Source: Candidatus Omnitrophota bacterium
Lineage (GTDB): Bacteria > Omnitrophota > Gorgyraeia > Tantalellales > Tantalellaceae
Direction: 5' to 3'
Length of the DNA: 64,000 bases
Assembly (NCBI GenBank): GCA_034723315.1
Contig: JAYEOV010000035.1
Span: forward strand, 8,329 to 72,328
A model generated the notes under the pieces. That model was not told the DNA's origin and ran no database searches. It saw only the letters and a list, made by a program, of their open reading frames with translations. The first letter of the stretch is position 1; each line of letters opens with the position of its first letter. The position numbers were made by a program, and so were the translations under genes. Of the stretch, positions 63,155 through 64,000 are shown piece by piece.

Positions 63155-64000
63155 TCATTTTTGAGTAGTTGTTTCTGTCGTCTTGATCTCCTTATAATAA
63201 TCCTGAAGGGACTTCGGCAGAACTTCTTCAGCCTTCATGGCGCTTATGCCTTCCACGCTTGCCTCAGCGGCGGCAAGCGACGTTATGTAAGGCAGCTTGT
63301 GCTGTATTGCCATCATCCGGATATAACTGTCGTCATGCTTGCTGTAACGCCCTACCGGGGTGTTTATTATCAGGTTGATCTCCCCGTTCTTGATGGCATC
63401 AGCAAGATTCGGGCGTCCCTCGTGCAATTTTTTCACCATTTCATTTTCAACACCGTTCTCCCGAAGAAAACGGCTCGTTCCATCCGTCGCGCAGAGCTTA
63501 AACCCGAGACCATGAAGCTTTTGCGCTATGGGAAGAAGACCTTTCTTGTCCTTGTCGGCCACGGTAAGTAGAACGTTCCCTTCCATGGGCAACCTCGTGC
63601 CGGCCGCTTCCTGAGCCTTATAAAAGGAGCTGCCGAAAGAATCAGCGATCCCCATAACTTCCCCCGTAGCCTTCATCTCCGGGCCGAGCAACGGATCCAC
63701 CACGGGAAACATGTTGAACGGGAACACGGCCTCTTTGACCCCCACATAAGGCACCTTGCGCTCCTGGGCAAGTTCCGGAAAGTCTTTTATCTTTTTTCCG
63801 AGCATTACCTGTGTCGCTATGGCCGCCATCGGGATGCATTTTATCTTGGAAACGATCGGGATCGTCCGCGAAGCCCTTGGGTTAGCTTCCAGAATATACA
63901 CCTTGTCATCACAGATCGCGTACTGGATATTGGTCAGCCCGACAACGCTGAGCTCCTTTGCTATGGCGGCGGTATACTTCTCTATCGTCTTAATATGTTC
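63155..64000 (-). CDS. carB: Carbamoyl-phosphate synthase large subunit, C-terminal part (gene continues beyond window end)
   Basis: ATP-grasp C-terminal region + MGS-like domain (LLTVADKDKKGLLPIAQKLHGLGFKLCAT). Reading frame is open through 64000. Confidence 0.8.
   Translation of the reverse strand, partial: EHIKTIEKYTAAIAKELSVVGLTNIQYAICDDKVYILEANPRASRTIPIVSKIKCIPMAAIATQVMLGKKIKDFPELAQERKVPYVGVKEAVFPFNMFPVVDPLLGPEMKATGEVMGIADSFGSSFYKAQEAAGTRLPMEGNVLLTVADKDKKGLLPIAQKLHGLGFKLCATDGTSRFLRENGVENEMVKKLHEGRPNLADAIKNGEINLIINTPVGRYSKHDDSYIRMMAIQHKLPYITSLAAAEASVEGISAMKAEEVLPKSLQDYYKEIKTTETTTQK

Noticed and set aside
1-64000. rRNA, tRNA, prophage or integrase genes
   Set aside because: No T-arm or acceptor-like tRNA signatures and no rRNA-like conserved stretches were seen. 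No phage structural, integrase or recombinase ORFs are present. The putative island has only a decayed transposase.

Overview
64-kb window from what appears to be an uncultivated bacterium with an outer membrane (variant PEP-CTERM protein, secretin-like protein, AsmA-like protein, many lipoproteins), roughly 45-55% GC. There is no rRNA, tRNA, CRISPR array or prophage.

Left third: a TrkH-type K+ transporter, a frameshifted aromatic amino acid permease, a three-domain acyl-CoA synthetase-ACP-acyltransferase fusion and hemolysin-III. Then comes a 1878-aa hybrid sensor kinase with two kinase cores, followed by an LTXXQ periplasmic protein and a small lipoprotein. Next is a ~2.6-kb putative inserted island, flanked by 28-bp direct repeats. 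It carries a tandem-repeat variant PEP-CTERM surface protein, iteron-like repeats and a decayed zinc-ribbon transposase remnant. After it sits an accessory block (permuted papain amidase, lipoprotein, Fic with a palindromic operator, STAS-like protein, SYLF lipoprotein).

Middle: a complete Leloir galactose cluster (galT, epimerase/mutarotase, sugar porter, galK, galE). Then an ECF sigma / zinc-finger anti-sigma / LTXXQ envelope-stress module. It has three matching sigmaE-type promoters (GGAACTW-N16/17-GTCTAA), one of which drives the distant LTXXQ paralogue next to the giant kinase. Further on are a minimal secretin with a lipoprotein that has a paralogue 15 kb away, and an AsmA-like/DUF2062/DUF4126 operon. 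Then an AmmeMemoRadiSam-type radical SAM gene (neighbours are GNAT and DUF2062), an OmpR regulator beside a truncated kinase fragment, and MFS transporters.

Right third: KptA, a NapH-like polyferredoxin, malic enzyme, a LOG-PilZ coupled pair, purL, a stand-alone GMP synthase ATP-PPase subunit, icd, and a carB-purF-DUF1846 operon.

The most striking feature is a dense family of MITE-like elements (at least 8 loci). Their terminal inverted repeats (AGAA[A/C]CCATTTCATAACCC) carry an outward-facing ATG. They coincide with gene truncations (a kinase fragment, a DUF72 fragment) and, in one case, supply the start codon of an intact gene (kptA). A second ~115-bp structured repeat family and several other palindromic or structured intergenic elements are also present.
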